IMG/VR virus record: IMGVR_UViG_3300020473_000042
Coordinates: 1-52,330 of that record
DNA length: 52,330 nt
Source: a virus
Lineage: Duplodnaviria; Caudoviricetes
Reading direction: 5' to 3' (one strand)
Part shown: positions 28,467 through 38,456 of the stretch, in pieces
How positions within the stretch are numbered: position 1 is the stretch's first letter
Layout: every line of letters begins with the position of its first letter
Notes under the pieces: model-generated
Databases searched by the model: none
The model's input: only the letters and a program-made list of their open reading frames with translations
Told to the model about the DNA's origin: nothing
Translations under genes and position numbers: made by a program

Positions 28467-31296
28467 TGATTCCGTCTGTTGTAAAGAATAGTTTAACCCC
28501 TATGAGTCTGGCATCTTCTGTCATATCATCGTTACCATCACTTACGTCTCTAAATATTCTAAAGAAACATAAATCACCCACAGCAGGGGTTCCTGCTATT
28601 GTAATTGCACTGCTTTCTGCAGTAACCATTAAATCTTCTGCAGCACCTAATGCATCGTCTGTTACGACTATTGCAGTACCGTATGCTACATCTATTGTAT
28701 CGTTATCACTTACTGCAACGCCCTGTAAGCCCCAAGCAACGCCATCCGTATCTGTGGCTGTTGTTGTCCAGTAAGCTTGAAAAGTTACAGTCCCTTCATT
28801 CCATGATTTAGGAAAAGAGACTTGAAATTGTGCATGTTCATCTGCAGTAGCGTCAAAGTCTAAAACTTGCATATCTGGTCGTCCAGCAGTAGATTCTACA
28901 TCTGTAATAGTGGCACACCCATTGCTTGATGTAGGTCGCATAGCAGCAGCAGGAACCCATATTGTCTGTTTACCTACAGCAGCTAATGTGTTTCCTGCAG
29001 CAGTAATAGATCCAGCAAACGCCATAGTAGAACTAGCAACTGTAGAGTTAGGAGTAATAGTAAGATGCGTTACGTGTGTTCCAGCACTTGCAATATCATT
29101 TGCTAGTGTTAGGGTTCCACCATCAGCAATGTTTAGTTTCCACTCATCTCCAGCATCATCACCTTCGTCAGCCATCAAGGTAATACCTAGACCAGCACCC
29201 TCAGTAGCTGCAATTCTTAATGTGTCTGTTGTAGTTTCATCGTAACCTATTAAAACATTCTGATCGTTACCAAACTGTATGTATTTATCATCTGCTACAT
29301 ATACATCGCCCCACTCTGCTGTAGCTGATCCAATATCAGCACCGCCTGAAGCGTCAGGAAGTAGAGAGGTTGAAGCAGTTATAGTAGTACCGCTTACAGT
29401 ACCACCTTCAAAATTAGCACTTATTGTTCCTACTGAACCGCTAACTACTTCACTGGATAAACTTGCATCTGGAATAAACTTTAACTTGTAAGAGTCATCA
29501 TCGTCAATACCAAGAAACGCTGTTTTTGCAGCAGTTCCTGTATGATATTGCATTGCTATACCAACATCTTTGTTAGTGTCTGATCCTAATGCTGTGCCAT
29601 CTGAGGCAGTTTGTAAATGTATAATAGGGTCTACAACAGCTAAGGTTGCAACGTCTAGAGTTGTTGACGTTCCGTTGACTACTAAGTTTCCTGTAACTGT
29701 TAGATTTTGTGATGCTGTCACGTTTCCGCTTGAATCTATAGTTATAGAATCTGCATCTGAAGCAACCCCTATTGTTCCTCCGTCTTTTATCTTTATGTCA
29801 TCCTTAAAGGTAACTATACCGCCTGAAGATATTTGTATTGCATCTGTTGCGCTTGCAGATCCAATGTCTCCATCATCAGGTACAACTACTCCTCCAGAAC
29901 TTAGTGTAAGGACACCTGCACCAGACAGTTGCATCTTGGAAGCAGCAGCGTCTGTTCCATTAGCTTTTGTCTTAAAGTCTATCTTAGATGTGCCTGTTCC
30001 GTCACCGCCACCTGAAGACAATGTAAGATCACCACCATTAATGTTAGCTGATCCTGTTGCAGAAGAACCAGCAGAGACTGTTAGACCCTTACCTGCTGTT
30101 GTTCCGCTTGTTGCAGCTACACCTAATTCCCAGTTAGCACCGTTGGTAAAGGTTATACCGCCATCGTCTATTTCTACAACATCTGTGCCATCTACATCAA
30201 AACGTATCTTACCAGCATCTGTACCGCCGTCTGCTGTGGCTGTAGATATTTCTAGGTAGTTTAGGGTTTGTGCGCCACTGTCAAAGACTGCCTGTATCAT
30301 TCCTTTTTCAGCGTCTGCTCCACCAACAGATATAGATGGGCTTCCATCATTTACATCTTCTAGCAGTTTTAGATCTGAACCGTCAAAGGTTAAATGAGCT
30401 TCACCAGCTAATGCATTTGCACCTGTAACTGTAGCTATTGTGTTGTCTGTGCTTCCGCTAAGAGATACAGAACTGACTGTTCCTGTAAAACCATCTAAGG
30501 CATTTAGCTCTGAAGCTGTTGCTGTTACAAGTGTTCCACCTAGTTTAAGACCACCAGCAGTACCATCGTGAGTACTGATATCAACAGTAATATCTCCATC
30601 ACTACTCGCACCCTGAATCGACATACCCTTAGTAAGCGTACCATCATTTTCTGCAACATAAAAATCTATTCCTCCTTGTTCACCGCCAGCAGTAACATCA
30701 ACTATGGTAGATTGTATTCGTCCATATGTTGTTGCTGCTGCACCAGCGTCTTCACTGAGAAAGTCTATATTTCCTATAACATCGCTTGTAGCTGCACTTG
30801 TTCCGTCTTTCTTAAATTTAAACGTAGCTCCGCTTGAATCTGCATTGCTGTTAAATAATGTCATAACAGGTTTAGCAGATGTCGAACTTTCTACAGAAAT
30901 GTCAGATCCTGTTAATACAAGATCGTCATCTCCGCTTTCGTCATATTTTATTGTCCAATCTGAGTCTGATCCGAATATGAGTGTTTCATTATCAACAATC
31001 ATAATATCATCAGAATATTTGAACATGTCTTCGTCTTCCATCCATAGGAAAACGCCGTCATTTGTTTCACCGTCAAATGTTACTGTTATATCTGTACCTG
31101 CTGTTGCTGCACCTATTGTTATGGAGTTGCTTCCAGTTAACTTGGATAATGCTCCACCGTTACCTGCTGTTCCATCGTGCGTGTGTCCACTCGTACCAAA
31201 AGCTGTTACAATAGCGTCAAACTCATCATTGGAGTCTGAAGCATCTATTGTATCACCAGTTGTGTACGAACTTTGTCTTGATGCGTATCCTGCCAT
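28456..31296 (-). CDS. Major tail fibre protein
   Basis: N-terminal anchor with GHTHDGT; G/T/D/A-rich beta repeats; follows the nozzle gene. Confidence 0.85.
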   Translation of the reverse strand: MAGYASRQSSYTTGDTIDASDSNDEFDAIVTAFGTSGHTHDGTAGNGGALSKLTGSNSITIGAATAGTDITVTFDGETNDGVFLWMEDEDMFKYSDDIMIVDNETLIFGSDSDWTIKYDESGDDDLVLTGSDISVESSTSAKPVMTLFNSNADSSGATFKFKKDGTSAATSDVIGNIDFLSEDAGAAATTYGRIQSTIVDVTAGGEQGGIDFYVAENDGTLTKGMSIQGASSDGDITVDISTHDGTAGGLKLGGTLVTATASELNALDGFTGTVSSVSLSGSTDNTIATVTGANALAGEAHLTFDGSDLKLLEDVNDGSPSISVGGADAEKGMIQAVFDSGAQTLNYLEISTATADGGTDAGKIRFDVDGTDVVEIDDGGITFTNGANWELGVAATSGTTAGKGLTVSAGSSATGSANINGGDLTLSSGGGDGTGTSKIDFKTKANGTDAAASKMQLSGAGVLTLSSGGVVVPDDGDIGSASATDAIQISSGGIVTFKDDIKIKDGGTIGVASDADSITIDSSGNVTASQNLTVTGNLVVNGTSTTLDVATLAVVDPIIHLQTASDGTALGSDTNKDVGIAMQYHTGTAAKTAFLGIDDDDSYKLKFIPDASLSSEVVSGSVGTISANFEGGTVSGTTITASTSLLPDASGGADIGSATAEWGDVYVADDKYIQFGNDQNVLIGYDETTTDTLRIAATEGAGLGITLMADEGDDAGDEWKLNIADGGTLTLANDIASAGTHVTHLTITPNSTVASSTMAFAGSITAAGNTLAAVGKQTIWVPAAAMRPTSSNGCATITDVESTAGRPDMQVLDFDATADEHAQFQVSFPKSWNEGTVTFQAYWTTTATDTDGVAWGLQGVAVSDNDTIDVAYGTAIVVTDDALGAAEDLMVTAESSAITIAGTPAVGDLCFFRIFRDVSDGNDDMTEDARLIGVKLFFTTDGINDA

Positions 31297-32807
31297 TACA
31301 TTCTAGCTCCTGGAGTAAATTCTAGTTCAAATCCTTTCAATGTTATAGGAGGATTGCCTGACTCGTCTTCAACCCTTATAACCACTGTAAATCCGCTTCC
31401 TTCTACACTTTGTCTTACTATAGGTATTCCTGTTGCGCCATACACTGAAGTACCGTAAGTTCCTGTTCCGTATACTGCTGCAGTGCTTTGTGTTGAAAGC
31501 GTGTACGCTGCAGGTTGCGGAACACTTGCATCTTCAAAATCAAATTTAACAAATAATGATGCGTCTACTGTTCCCTCTGTATCAAAGTTAAGATTGATAC
31601 GTTGCATGTTTTTTCTTATACCTGCATCACCCATTGTAAGATCTGGAGATCTGTATACTGCTTTTATGTTTGTACCTGAAAAGTCGTTACCTGATTCCTG
31701 CTGGTACACAAAACCGTCAAAACCTCCATGCACTACAGTCTCATTAGCTCCTACAAAATCTGAATCACAAGATGCAGCTTTTATTCCTTTTAAGTCTGAG
31801 TATTCCCAACCTATCTGTCCTTGTGGGTTAGATTTTATAACGCCTATAATACCGTATGACCCTGCTTCTACTCCACCAGTAGTAGGATAAAATAACCTGT
31901 ACTGGCTTTTTTGTCTTATTACTGTAGAGCAAATATTATCGAACCCTATAGAGTTAATACGTTCCTGTATCTGCTTTGATACTGTTCCTAATTCTACGTC
32001 ACCAATTCTTGCAGTACCAGCTACAGTTCTTAGACCATCAGGAGCAAGAAAGATTAAATCACCGCCTATTTCCTGTACGCTGTTTCCATCACTGCACCCT
32101 ATGTTTCTTGACACTGGTGCAACAGCGAAATCTGAGCTTGAGCTTCCAGTAAGTTTATATATTCTGTCTTTACCGAATATGATTAAGGATTCACGAAAAG
32201 ACTTTAGAGCAACAACCTCCGTATCCACCTTAACATTGCCAGAGCCAGTGCCTGTATAATCTGTATCATCAAATGGAACAGTAAATTGTACTTGTTGTTT
32301 TGCAGCAGATGCTCCTGCGTAAAATAAATGATTTTTAAAAGCTGCTACTGCTGTTGCGTTTGCTGGTGCGCCTGTACCGCTTAACGCTGTTCCTGTACCT
32401 GTTCCTGTCCACTTTGTTGGAGTATTAGCACCGTCTACCCATACGATTGTGTCTGTTCCTCCGAAGTTGTACTTTTCAAATCTAGGTCGTACAGGAGTGC
32501 TTGATTGTGTTGCAACAGAAGACCAAGTGCTTCCTGTGCTGAACTTAACTGCTGTGCCTGATATGGCTACAACACCATTATTAAATACTGCGACACCGCT
32601 TACCTTGTTAGATCCGTTTACCTGAGTAGCAGAATACTTTGTTGTTCCGTCTATTCTTCTGTAACCGCCCTTTACAGATGGTTCAAAGTTCTGAAGTATG
32701 GATGCAGCACCAACAGGCATTGTGTAAACATCCCTGTCAAGAACCAAGCCACCAGACGTAGTAACAACGTAAGGCGAGATATATTCTGGTTCTGTTACTT
32801 GCGCCAT
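31296..32807 (-). CDS. Tail nozzle / DNA stabilisation protein (P22 gp10- or T7 gp12-like)
   Basis: LQNFEPSVKGGYRRIDG; beta-propeller-like repeats; IGC...QEIGGDLIFLAPDGLR; synteny. Confidence 0.8.
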   Translation of the reverse strand: MAQVTEPEYISPYVVTTSGGLVLDRDVYTMPVGAASILQNFEPSVKGGYRRIDGTTKYSATQVNGSNKVSGVAVFNNGVVAISGTAVKFSTGSTWSSVATQSSTPVRPRFEKYNFGGTDTIVWVDGANTPTKWTGTGTGTALSGTGAPANATAVAAFKNHLFYAGASAAKQQVQFTVPFDDTDYTGTGSGNVKVDTEVVALKSFRESLIIFGKDRIYKLTGSSSSDFAVAPVSRNIGCSDGNSVQEIGGDLIFLAPDGLRTVAGTARIGDVELGTVSKQIQERINSIGFDNICSTVIRQKSQYRLFYPTTGGVEAGSYGIIGVIKSNPQGQIGWEYSDLKGIKAASCDSDFVGANETVVHGGFDGFVYQQESGNDFSGTNIKAVYRSPDLTMGDAGIRKNMQRINLNFDTEGTVDASLFVKFDFEDASVPQPAAYTLSTQSTAAVYGTGTYGTSVYGATGIPIVRQSVEGSGFTVVIRVEDESGNPPITLKGFELEFTPGARM

Positions 32808-32808
32808 A

Positions 32809-32919
32809 CTACTTCTTCTTTTCCTGTTTTGCTCTCCAGAGCTTTACTAACTCTGGATCTCTAGGCTGTTTAGTGGCAGAATGTGAGTATTTACCTCTGC
32901 TGTTTTGTACTTTTGCCAT
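32809..32919 (-). CDS. Small basic protein (36 aa), not in ORF track
   Basis: MAKVQNSRGKYSHSATKQPRDPELVKLWRAKQEKKK; TAATG coupling; fills the gap. Confidence 0.6.
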   Translation of the reverse strand: MAKVQNSRGKYSHSATKQPRDPELVKLWRAKQEKKK

Positions 32920-34010
32920 TAAGTATTAACTCTTATAAATCTTCCTGCAGTTCTCAAACCTCTTGGGTACATATAGTTTTTTCTGTTAAGAAGCTCTACT
33001 CGCATTCTTTTTATGCCTTCCATAAAGTCCTTTTCGGCTAACTGTGTACCTGCAACGTTAGCTCTCATCATATATGCGTAGTATTTAGCCCTGTTTACTA
33101 TTATATCGTGAAATCTAACAGGCAACGTTGGAATGTCTGTATGTTCAGATAAATCACTATGTGTTTTGTAGTATTGATACGACACACTTAGTACCCTGTC
33201 GGGTATAGGAGACAGACCATATTTATCATCGTTTGTTTCATAAATATACATTGGAAGAGAAAATTGGTTTGCAGAAGTCTGGTCTAGATCCGTTTCTGAA
33301 AAACTTTCAAACCACTCATCGTGAGATATGTATTGCAACTTATGTGGCTGTTCATTCTCTACAACCTCTATGGTATCTATTTCTGCTGTGCTACCGCTTC
33401 CCTCCGCTAAACCAATGTACGTTGTAGTAGCTGAAGCTGTAAATCGGTTTGTTTGCCATTCCCCATCGCCAGCATTAGTAACACTCAACGTAGCACTTAG
33501 ATCCTGTGTTCCACCTGAAGATGTCCCTACTTTTAACGATACATCATTAGAGAAAGTACGTGTACGAACTATATATTCTTTGTTTATTATAGTTTGTATT
33601 GTTTGCGTTACTTCAGCACTGGATAATTGTAATGCACCTGTTACTGAAGCTCCTGAGTTCGTAGTTTCTACTTTAAATGGTGATCCAGATACTACTGTCC
33701 AATATAATATGTTAGAATCAAATGTTCCGTTTCTCACAAGATTTTTAGGACGAAGTATAAACGAATCCCAATCTACTTTTCTAAAATCAGAAGGTAAGCT
33801 GTATTCTTGAGTGCCAGCAGAAACACTTTCTGTTTTATTTTCTATGAGGAAAGGCCACTCTATCTCTGAATTGTATATATCGTTTACAGCTTTGTTTACA
33901 ACATTCTTGACCATAGTCTGTACGCCTCTGGATGTACTAAATGTGGTAGATGTTAACTCTACTTCATTTAATTCATTCAGGACGCTATTTACAAGAGTAA
34001 GATAATTCAT
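32919..34010 (-). CDS. Head-tail adaptor (tail tubular A-like) with inserted carbohydrate-binding-like domain
   Basis: MNYLTLVNSVL..LNEVEL..VNKAVNDI..EWPF..GTQEYSLP..LSPIPD; central NLVRNGTFD..W insert. Confidence 0.8.
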   Translation of the reverse strand: MNYLTLVNSVLNELNEVELTSTTFSTSRGVQTMVKNVVNKAVNDIYNSEIEWPFLIENKTESVSAGTQEYSLPSDFRKVDWDSFILRPKNLVRNGTFDSNILYWTVVSGSPFKVETTNSGASVTGALQLSSAEVTQTIQTIINKEYIVRTRTFSNDVSLKVGTSSGGTQDLSATLSVTNAGDGEWQTNRFTASATTTYIGLAEGSGSTAEIDTIEVVENEQPHKLQYISHDEWFESFSETDLDQTSANQFSLPMYIYETNDDKYGLSPIPDRVLSVSYQYYKTHSDLSEHTDIPTLPVRFHDIIVNRAKYYAYMMRANVAGTQLAEKDFMEGIKRMRVELLNRKNYMYPRGLRTAGRFIRVNT

Positions 34011-34168
34011 TATTCCTCACAGTCATCACAACGGCAATTTTTGCATACCTCTACTTTTTGATTAGCTGTAGAATCAGCATGAGTTCTAAAAGATCTTGCT
34101 ACAGATAAATCTTTACTTAGCTTGTTGCCACAATGAGCATCATATCCGCAATTATTACACTTAGCCAT
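34010..34168 (-). CDS. Cys-rich micro-protein (52 aa), not in ORF track
   Basis: MAKCNNCGYDAHC...VCKNCRCDDCEE; TAATG overlaps at both ends. Confidence 0.75.
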   Translation of the reverse strand: MAKCNNCGYDAHCGNKLSKDLSVARSFRTHADSTANQKVEVCKNCRCDDCEE

Positions 34169-34659
34169 TATGTTGCAGCAAATACACGCACGTTAGCGGT
34201 ACTTCCAGATGAGTTGTAACATTCTATTCTATCTATGGTGTCTGCTGTCCAGTTACTTTCCCATGTATCATTCTCTGATAAATAGTTGGCTTCACTAAAT
34301 GAACCAGTAACGTCACCTCTGTTTCGGCTAAGATCGTCAGCAAGAAGAAAAGGTACGCCAGCTTGCAGTTTAACAACCCATGCGTTTTCAAGATTGCTTC
34401 CTGCTACTGTGCCTCCTTCATTACACATAAGTTGTATCTCTACAATCTGATCTGACTCTATCCAAAGAAAATCAAAGTCGTCCAGCATTGTATCGTTCCA
34501 TATCTCTTTAAGCGTAGAGTTAGTAATTGCGTAACGCTTGTCAAAATAGTGTGTTATTGTAATAGAGTCTGTTGATGTAGTACTTCCACCAGTGATGGTG
34601 TGCGAGTCATCATCTGGTATGTCTACAGTAAAATGTGTCGTTAGACTTAGCGTTGCCAT
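34168..34659 (-). CDS. Hypothetical protein, probably structural
   Basis: 163 aa, T/S/D-rich with beta character; GGAGG RBS. Confidence 0.7.
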   Translation of the reverse strand: MATLSLTTHFTVDIPDDDSHTITGGSTTSTDSITITHYFDKRYAITNSTLKEIWNDTMLDDFDFLWIESDQIVEIQLMCNEGGTVAGSNLENAWVVKLQAGVPFLLADDLSRNRGDVTGSFSEANYLSENDTWESNWTADTIDRIECYNSSGSTANVRVFAAT

Positions 34660-35309
34660 TATCCTTCCTCCATTTTAACGCTTACGTTCATACTGAAAGA
34701 ACGTCTTTCCCCTTTTGTACGAAACGGATACACTGTATGCATTAGGTATCTAGGGAATATGTAAAAATCTCCAATTTGAGGTTGTATTGTTAAAGTATGA
34801 CTATTAAAATCTTGAGGAACTCCGTATACAAATTCTATGTGTCCTCTTACTGCTCTTCTTGATTTAGCTTCTTTAGCAAACTCTTTTTCTATGTCCTTTG
34901 GCAAACTTAAATACCCTACGGATGAAAGAGAGCAGTATGTGTGTATGTGTATAGGGTTAAACTGACCTGCAAACTGTCTTACAAACCACGCAGTTCCTAA
35001 TTTAAACGGCAAACTTTTCTCAGAGTCATGTACTTTTTTTATGTAAGCATCTACTACAGCTTCAAAATAACCGTCATACTTTTGTCTTAAATAGTCTGGT
35101 ACTCTTAGTTCTTGTTCTACTTTTCCTACAAGGTACTGTGACCAATCGTGTTCTTTGACTTTCTTTTTATCTTTTGCCATGTCCTCAAGACCTTGATTGT
35201 AATCGTCTATCAATTCTTGAGGTAAAACAGATTTAGCTATAAAAGGTCCAAAAGGACGGATCATTAAAAAAGGTATTTCTGACTTTTCGTTACTAGCCTT
35301 TTCTGTCAT
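34659..35309 (-). CDS. 2OG-Fe(II) oxygenase (TIGR02466-like)
   Basis: WFVRQ..GQFNPIHIH..LSSVGYL..GDFYIFPRYLMHTVYPF..ERRSFSMN. Confidence 0.85.
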   Translation of the reverse strand: MTEKASNEKSEIPFLMIRPFGPFIAKSVLPQELIDDYNQGLEDMAKDKKKVKEHDWSQYLVGKVEQELRVPDYLRQKYDGYFEAVVDAYIKKVHDSEKSLPFKLGTAWFVRQFAGQFNPIHIHTYCSLSSVGYLSLPKDIEKEFAKEAKSRRAVRGHIEFVYGVPQDFNSHTLTIQPQIGDFYIFPRYLMHTVYPFRTKGERRSFSMNVSVKMEEG

Positions 35310-35310
35310 T

Positions 35311-35946
35311 TTATTTACCCCATTCTTTCTTGAGGTAATTTTGTACGAGTACAGATTTCACGAATGCGCCGTTGGTAATATCTTGTGATAAATGCTGATT
35401 TACCTCGTATAAATTCTTTAGCATGAAAGACTGTTCGTAAGAAACATTTGAGGAAAACCATCCAAGCACGTTTGTTCTCAAACCTTTTGTTACTTCCTGC
35501 ACCCCATGCGGATAGATAATTGGAAATATAGCAGCTTCACCAGCTTTTAACTTTCGTCCTATAGTTCCTACTTCAGTACTAAAGTATATCTCTCCTCCTT
35601 CATATTCATCGCTTAGATTTATTGAAAAGCCATAATCAAAATGTACGTTGTTAGATTTTGGATAGGCTTTAAAATTATCTACATGGAGGTTATAGTAGTT
35701 TCCTTTTTTATACTGATTGTAATAATTAACAGAAACTCTAGTTGGGCAATACACACAATCTATATAATGAGCGTCATATATTTTGTTAATTATTAGTTTA
35801 CGTACTTCTTCTGGTACGCCTACAGATTCTTTATTATTTTTTACGTCTTCTAATGGCTGTGACTTGTTGCCATCTTTAAAAGTATCTTTACCAATACCGT
35901 CTAAACAGGATTTAATTTCGTCTTCATTGAGTAATTTAATAAACAT
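35311..35946 (-). CDS. PKHD-type (PiuC/YbiX-like) Fe(II)/2OG hydroxylase
   Basis: YNLHVDN (HxD); SINLSDEYEGGE; AIFP..YPHGVQEVTKGLR..VLGWFSS; start at 35946 after AAAGGGGA. Confidence 0.85.
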   Translation of the reverse strand: MFIKLLNEDEIKSCLDGIGKDTFKDGNKSQPLEDVKNNKESVGVPEEVRKLIINKIYDAHYIDCVYCPTRVSVNYYNQYKKGNYYNLHVDNFKAYPKSNNVHFDYGFSINLSDEYEGGEIYFSTEVGTIGRKLKAGEAAIFPIIYPHGVQEVTKGLRTNVLGWFSSNVSYEQSFMLKNLYEVNQHLSQDITNGAFVKSVLVQNYLKKEWGK

Positions 35947-35990
35947 TCTATATCCCCTTTCAACAGGACAAGTGAACAAAGCAAGAAAGG

Positions 35991-36015
35991 TGTGGGATTT
36001 TTGCAGAACCCCACA
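35991..36015 (-). terminator. Stem-loop after the capsid/decoration genes (probable leaky terminator)
   Basis: UGUGGGGUU...AAUCCCACA stem followed by CCUUUCUUGCUUU on the minus strand. Confidence 0.55.
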
Positions 36016-36031
36016 AAACTGTTAGGCGTGA

Positions 36032-36508
36032 TTACGTGCCAGTAGACACTGTAGCTGATTCTACAGGGTTTCTAGAAACGTCTGCCAATACTACGTGTAT
36101 GCGGAAACGCAGTGCGGATTCACCAGTTGAACCGCCATCAAGGATGAGGGCATCAATAGTGTCAGCACTTGTCAGCATACGAGCATTAGAACCAGAGGCT
36201 CCTACGGCAGCTTCTAGGAATGGTGTAAAACCAGCAGCGCAAGCAGAACCGTCAACAAAACAGTCTACGTCACCGCCAGTAAAACCAATATCCATAGTAA
36301 TCTGGCCGTTACCTCTAGCTTCTAGGACTTCTAAAACACCTGATACGATCATGGTATCTTCAGGAACGTCAATCAGTTGAATGACATCTCCTCCAGTACC
36401 ACCATCAGCGGTGTCCCATACAGGAGAAGTAACCACGTAAGGCACTGAAGCGTTAGCAGGATGACCTGCTGTTCCACCACCAGTAGCCGTTCTATTATAA
36501 GTAGCCAT
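36032..36508 (-). CDS. Capsid decoration / minor capsid protein
   Basis: Immediately downstream of the MCP; G/A/T-rich; GDVIQLIDVP...ADTIDA. Confidence 0.7.
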   Translation of the reverse strand: MATYNRTATGGGTAGHPANASVPYVVTSPVWDTADGGTGGDVIQLIDVPEDTMIVSGVLEVLEARGNGQITMDIGFTGGDVDCFVDGSACAAGFTPFLEAAVGASGSNARMLTSADTIDALILDGGSTGESALRFRIHVVLADVSRNPVESATVSTGT

Positions 36509-36522
36509 GATTTATTTCCCCC

Positions 36523-37494
36523 TTACGAGCCAAGATCAACAACACCAGAAAACACACCCTTGTAGCCTGTGCCACTGCCTCGTAGAACTTTACGTCCGAA
36601 AACGTGAAGACCACGAACAATGTCAGCAAAACTATCAGGGTCACGAATAACTTCCGTTTTAGCAATATGGGAAGCTGTAGCAACAGCACTCATATGACCG
36701 TATAGGAAGATATGCTCACCAGCATTAGTTGATGAAAATGTATGACTTGCAGCAGCACCATCGCCACCGTTAACGATAGCGTTTGTTTGATACAGCTTGA
36801 AGCCATGTATGATTCGATCCGTTACCAAACCATTCATTAGTGCAGATCCTGCTTCTCCAGTAACACTGGAATCCATTAGTTTAGCGTCAGCTTGACGTAA
36901 AACTTCATAGAACTCAGGGTCGGCAACTAGCCAACGGTTTTCGTAAGGGACATCGTTTTCGTCCATAACTTTAGCAGCAGCACTCACAGCATTTGCAAGT
37001 TCGTTACCAGTACAAGCAGAACCTGTACCAGTACCAGTAATCGGAGATGCGTCCGTACCAGTGTCACCTGCGCTTGTTGCAGCATTGCTGTAGATGTTGT
37101 TAAGAACGTTGTAGTCAAATGCTTTCTTCAAAGTGTAAGCACCAGAAGAAGTTGCCAGTGACTCAAAGTTAAGGTGGGAATGACGCTCTTCAATGTCGTC
37201 TACCTTAAAAGCAAAGTAATTGCCTTGATCCACAACAAGCTGAATTTGGTCATCAGCCAAATCTTGCGTGTTTACTGTGGAACCCCTAGTATAAGAAGAA
37301 ACCGAAATGGTTGGTTCCTTAATTATATTAACGGTGTCACCGAAGTTTTCAATCTCTCCAGAATAATCGGTGTTGGTAATAGCTTCCGCTACCGAAGACC
37401 TGCGAAAGTACTTGAGAACCTTTTGACTGTAGATAACAGGTACAAAATTACCAGAAGGTAAGTTTGCATATCCTGCAGCGGTTGCGTAAGCCAT
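36523..37494 (-). CDS. Major capsid protein (HK97 fold, P22/HMO-2011-like)
   Basis: GNFVPVIYSQKV...ITNTDYSGEI..GDTVNII..P; FAFKVDDIE; RDPDSFADIVRGLHVFGRKVLR; AAAGGAG RBS. Confidence 0.93.
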   Translation of the reverse strand: MAYATAAGYANLPSGNFVPVIYSQKVLKYFRRSSVAEAITNTDYSGEIENFGDTVNIIKEPTISVSSYTRGSTVNTQDLADDQIQLVVDQGNYFAFKVDDIEERHSHLNFESLATSSGAYTLKKAFDYNVLNNIYSNAATSAGDTGTDASPITGTGTGSACTGNELANAVSAAAKVMDENDVPYENRWLVADPEFYEVLRQADAKLMDSSVTGEAGSALMNGLVTDRIIHGFKLYQTNAIVNGGDGAAASHTFSSTNAGEHIFLYGHMSAVATASHIAKTEVIRDPDSFADIVRGLHVFGRKVLRGSGTGYKGVFSGVVDLGS

Positions 37495-37531
37495 AGCTTA
37501 TGCTCCTTTCTACAAAAGGTTTAAGTAGTAA

Positions 37532-38440
37532 TTATAGAGAGTCTACTATTCGCCCCTCTTTTGCTGCCTTGTCAATATCCTTTTCTAAAGCAGCGTACTC
37601 GTGAGGTTTTAACTTGGAAATCTCCTCAACAGTCCACATTCTAGTGTCGTCCTGAAGCTCTTCAATGTAACGTCTTTGTTTAGTTTTCGTTACGGCTTCA
37701 GCAGCACTTTGGCGTGGTGCTTTAGATCTTTCTTTTGTAGCAGACCTCTTTCTTGACCTCGTTTTAGAGGACGTTCCTTTATCCGCTTTGTACAAATCAA
37801 TAACTCTTGCTGCCCATTTAGCATCAGTATTATTTTTGTAGATACCATCAGATAAGGTAGCTGGCTGTTCATCGAGCCATGAAAGAAATTCGTCACTTTC
37901 TTTTAGATCAACAAAGTCAGGGTGCATACTTATAAGTTCTTGTTCAGCAGTTTGAACAACAGCTTCCTGCTCCTTTACTTTTAGCTCTTCAAGTCTTGAC
38001 TCAATGTCTTTAACTCGATCACTTGCCTTCAAAGCTGAGATAGTTTCGACTACATCGTAAACGTCTGGATACTTTTCACGGAACTCTGTCAACTCTTCCT
38101 CTGTCTTAGGCAGCTCTGGTATTTGCGAAGATTTTTCTGCCATCGAGAGCTTTGCTTCCAGAAGCTCTTGTTGCTGTTTCCATTCGTTTAACTTTGTGTC
38201 ATAATGCTTCTTCAAGTCTCCATAACGTTTTTTGTAGTCATGGGTAGTGTCTGCATTACCGTCTTTTCTATCAACCAGACCTTGCTTTTTAGGTTTAGGA
38301 GTTGCCATATCTATGGGGTCTTCAACCTCGTCATCGTCTGGTTCGTTTAAGCTTTGCCTATACTGATTCTCGTATGGGGTAGGCTCCTGTTCTTCTTCGT
38401 ACTCGTCTTCTAAATTTACATCTTCATTACGTACAGTCAT
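37532..38440 (-). CDS. Capsid scaffolding protein
   Basis: Acidic and coiled-coil; YKKRYGDLKKH, HPDF, IDKAAKEGRI; directly upstream of the MCP. Confidence 0.85.
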   Translation of the reverse strand: MTVRNEDVNLEDEYEEEQEPTPYENQYRQSLNEPDDDEVEDPIDMATPKPKKQGLVDRKDGNADTTHDYKKRYGDLKKHYDTKLNEWKQQQELLEAKLSMAEKSSQIPELPKTEEELTEFREKYPDVYDVVETISALKASDRVKDIESRLEELKVKEQEAVVQTAEQELISMHPDFVDLKESDEFLSWLDEQPATLSDGIYKNNTDAKWAARVIDLYKADKGTSSKTRSRKRSATKERSKAPRQSAAEAVTKTKQRRYIEELQDDTRMWTVEEISKLKPHEYAALEKDIDKAAKEGRIVDSL

Positions 38441-38456
38441 CTTTACCTCTCTTTCT

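Noticed and set aside
14538-31306. Long plus-strand ORFs antisense to structural genes (e.g. 14538-15161, 29570-30259, 30704-31306)
   Set aside because: Shadow frames produced by codon bias of the real minus-strand genes; no RBS or recognisable motifs
36032-36525. Programmed frameshift or readthrough extending the MCP into the downstream gene
   Set aside because: No slippery sequence at the MCP end, and the downstream gene has its own GGGGA RBS
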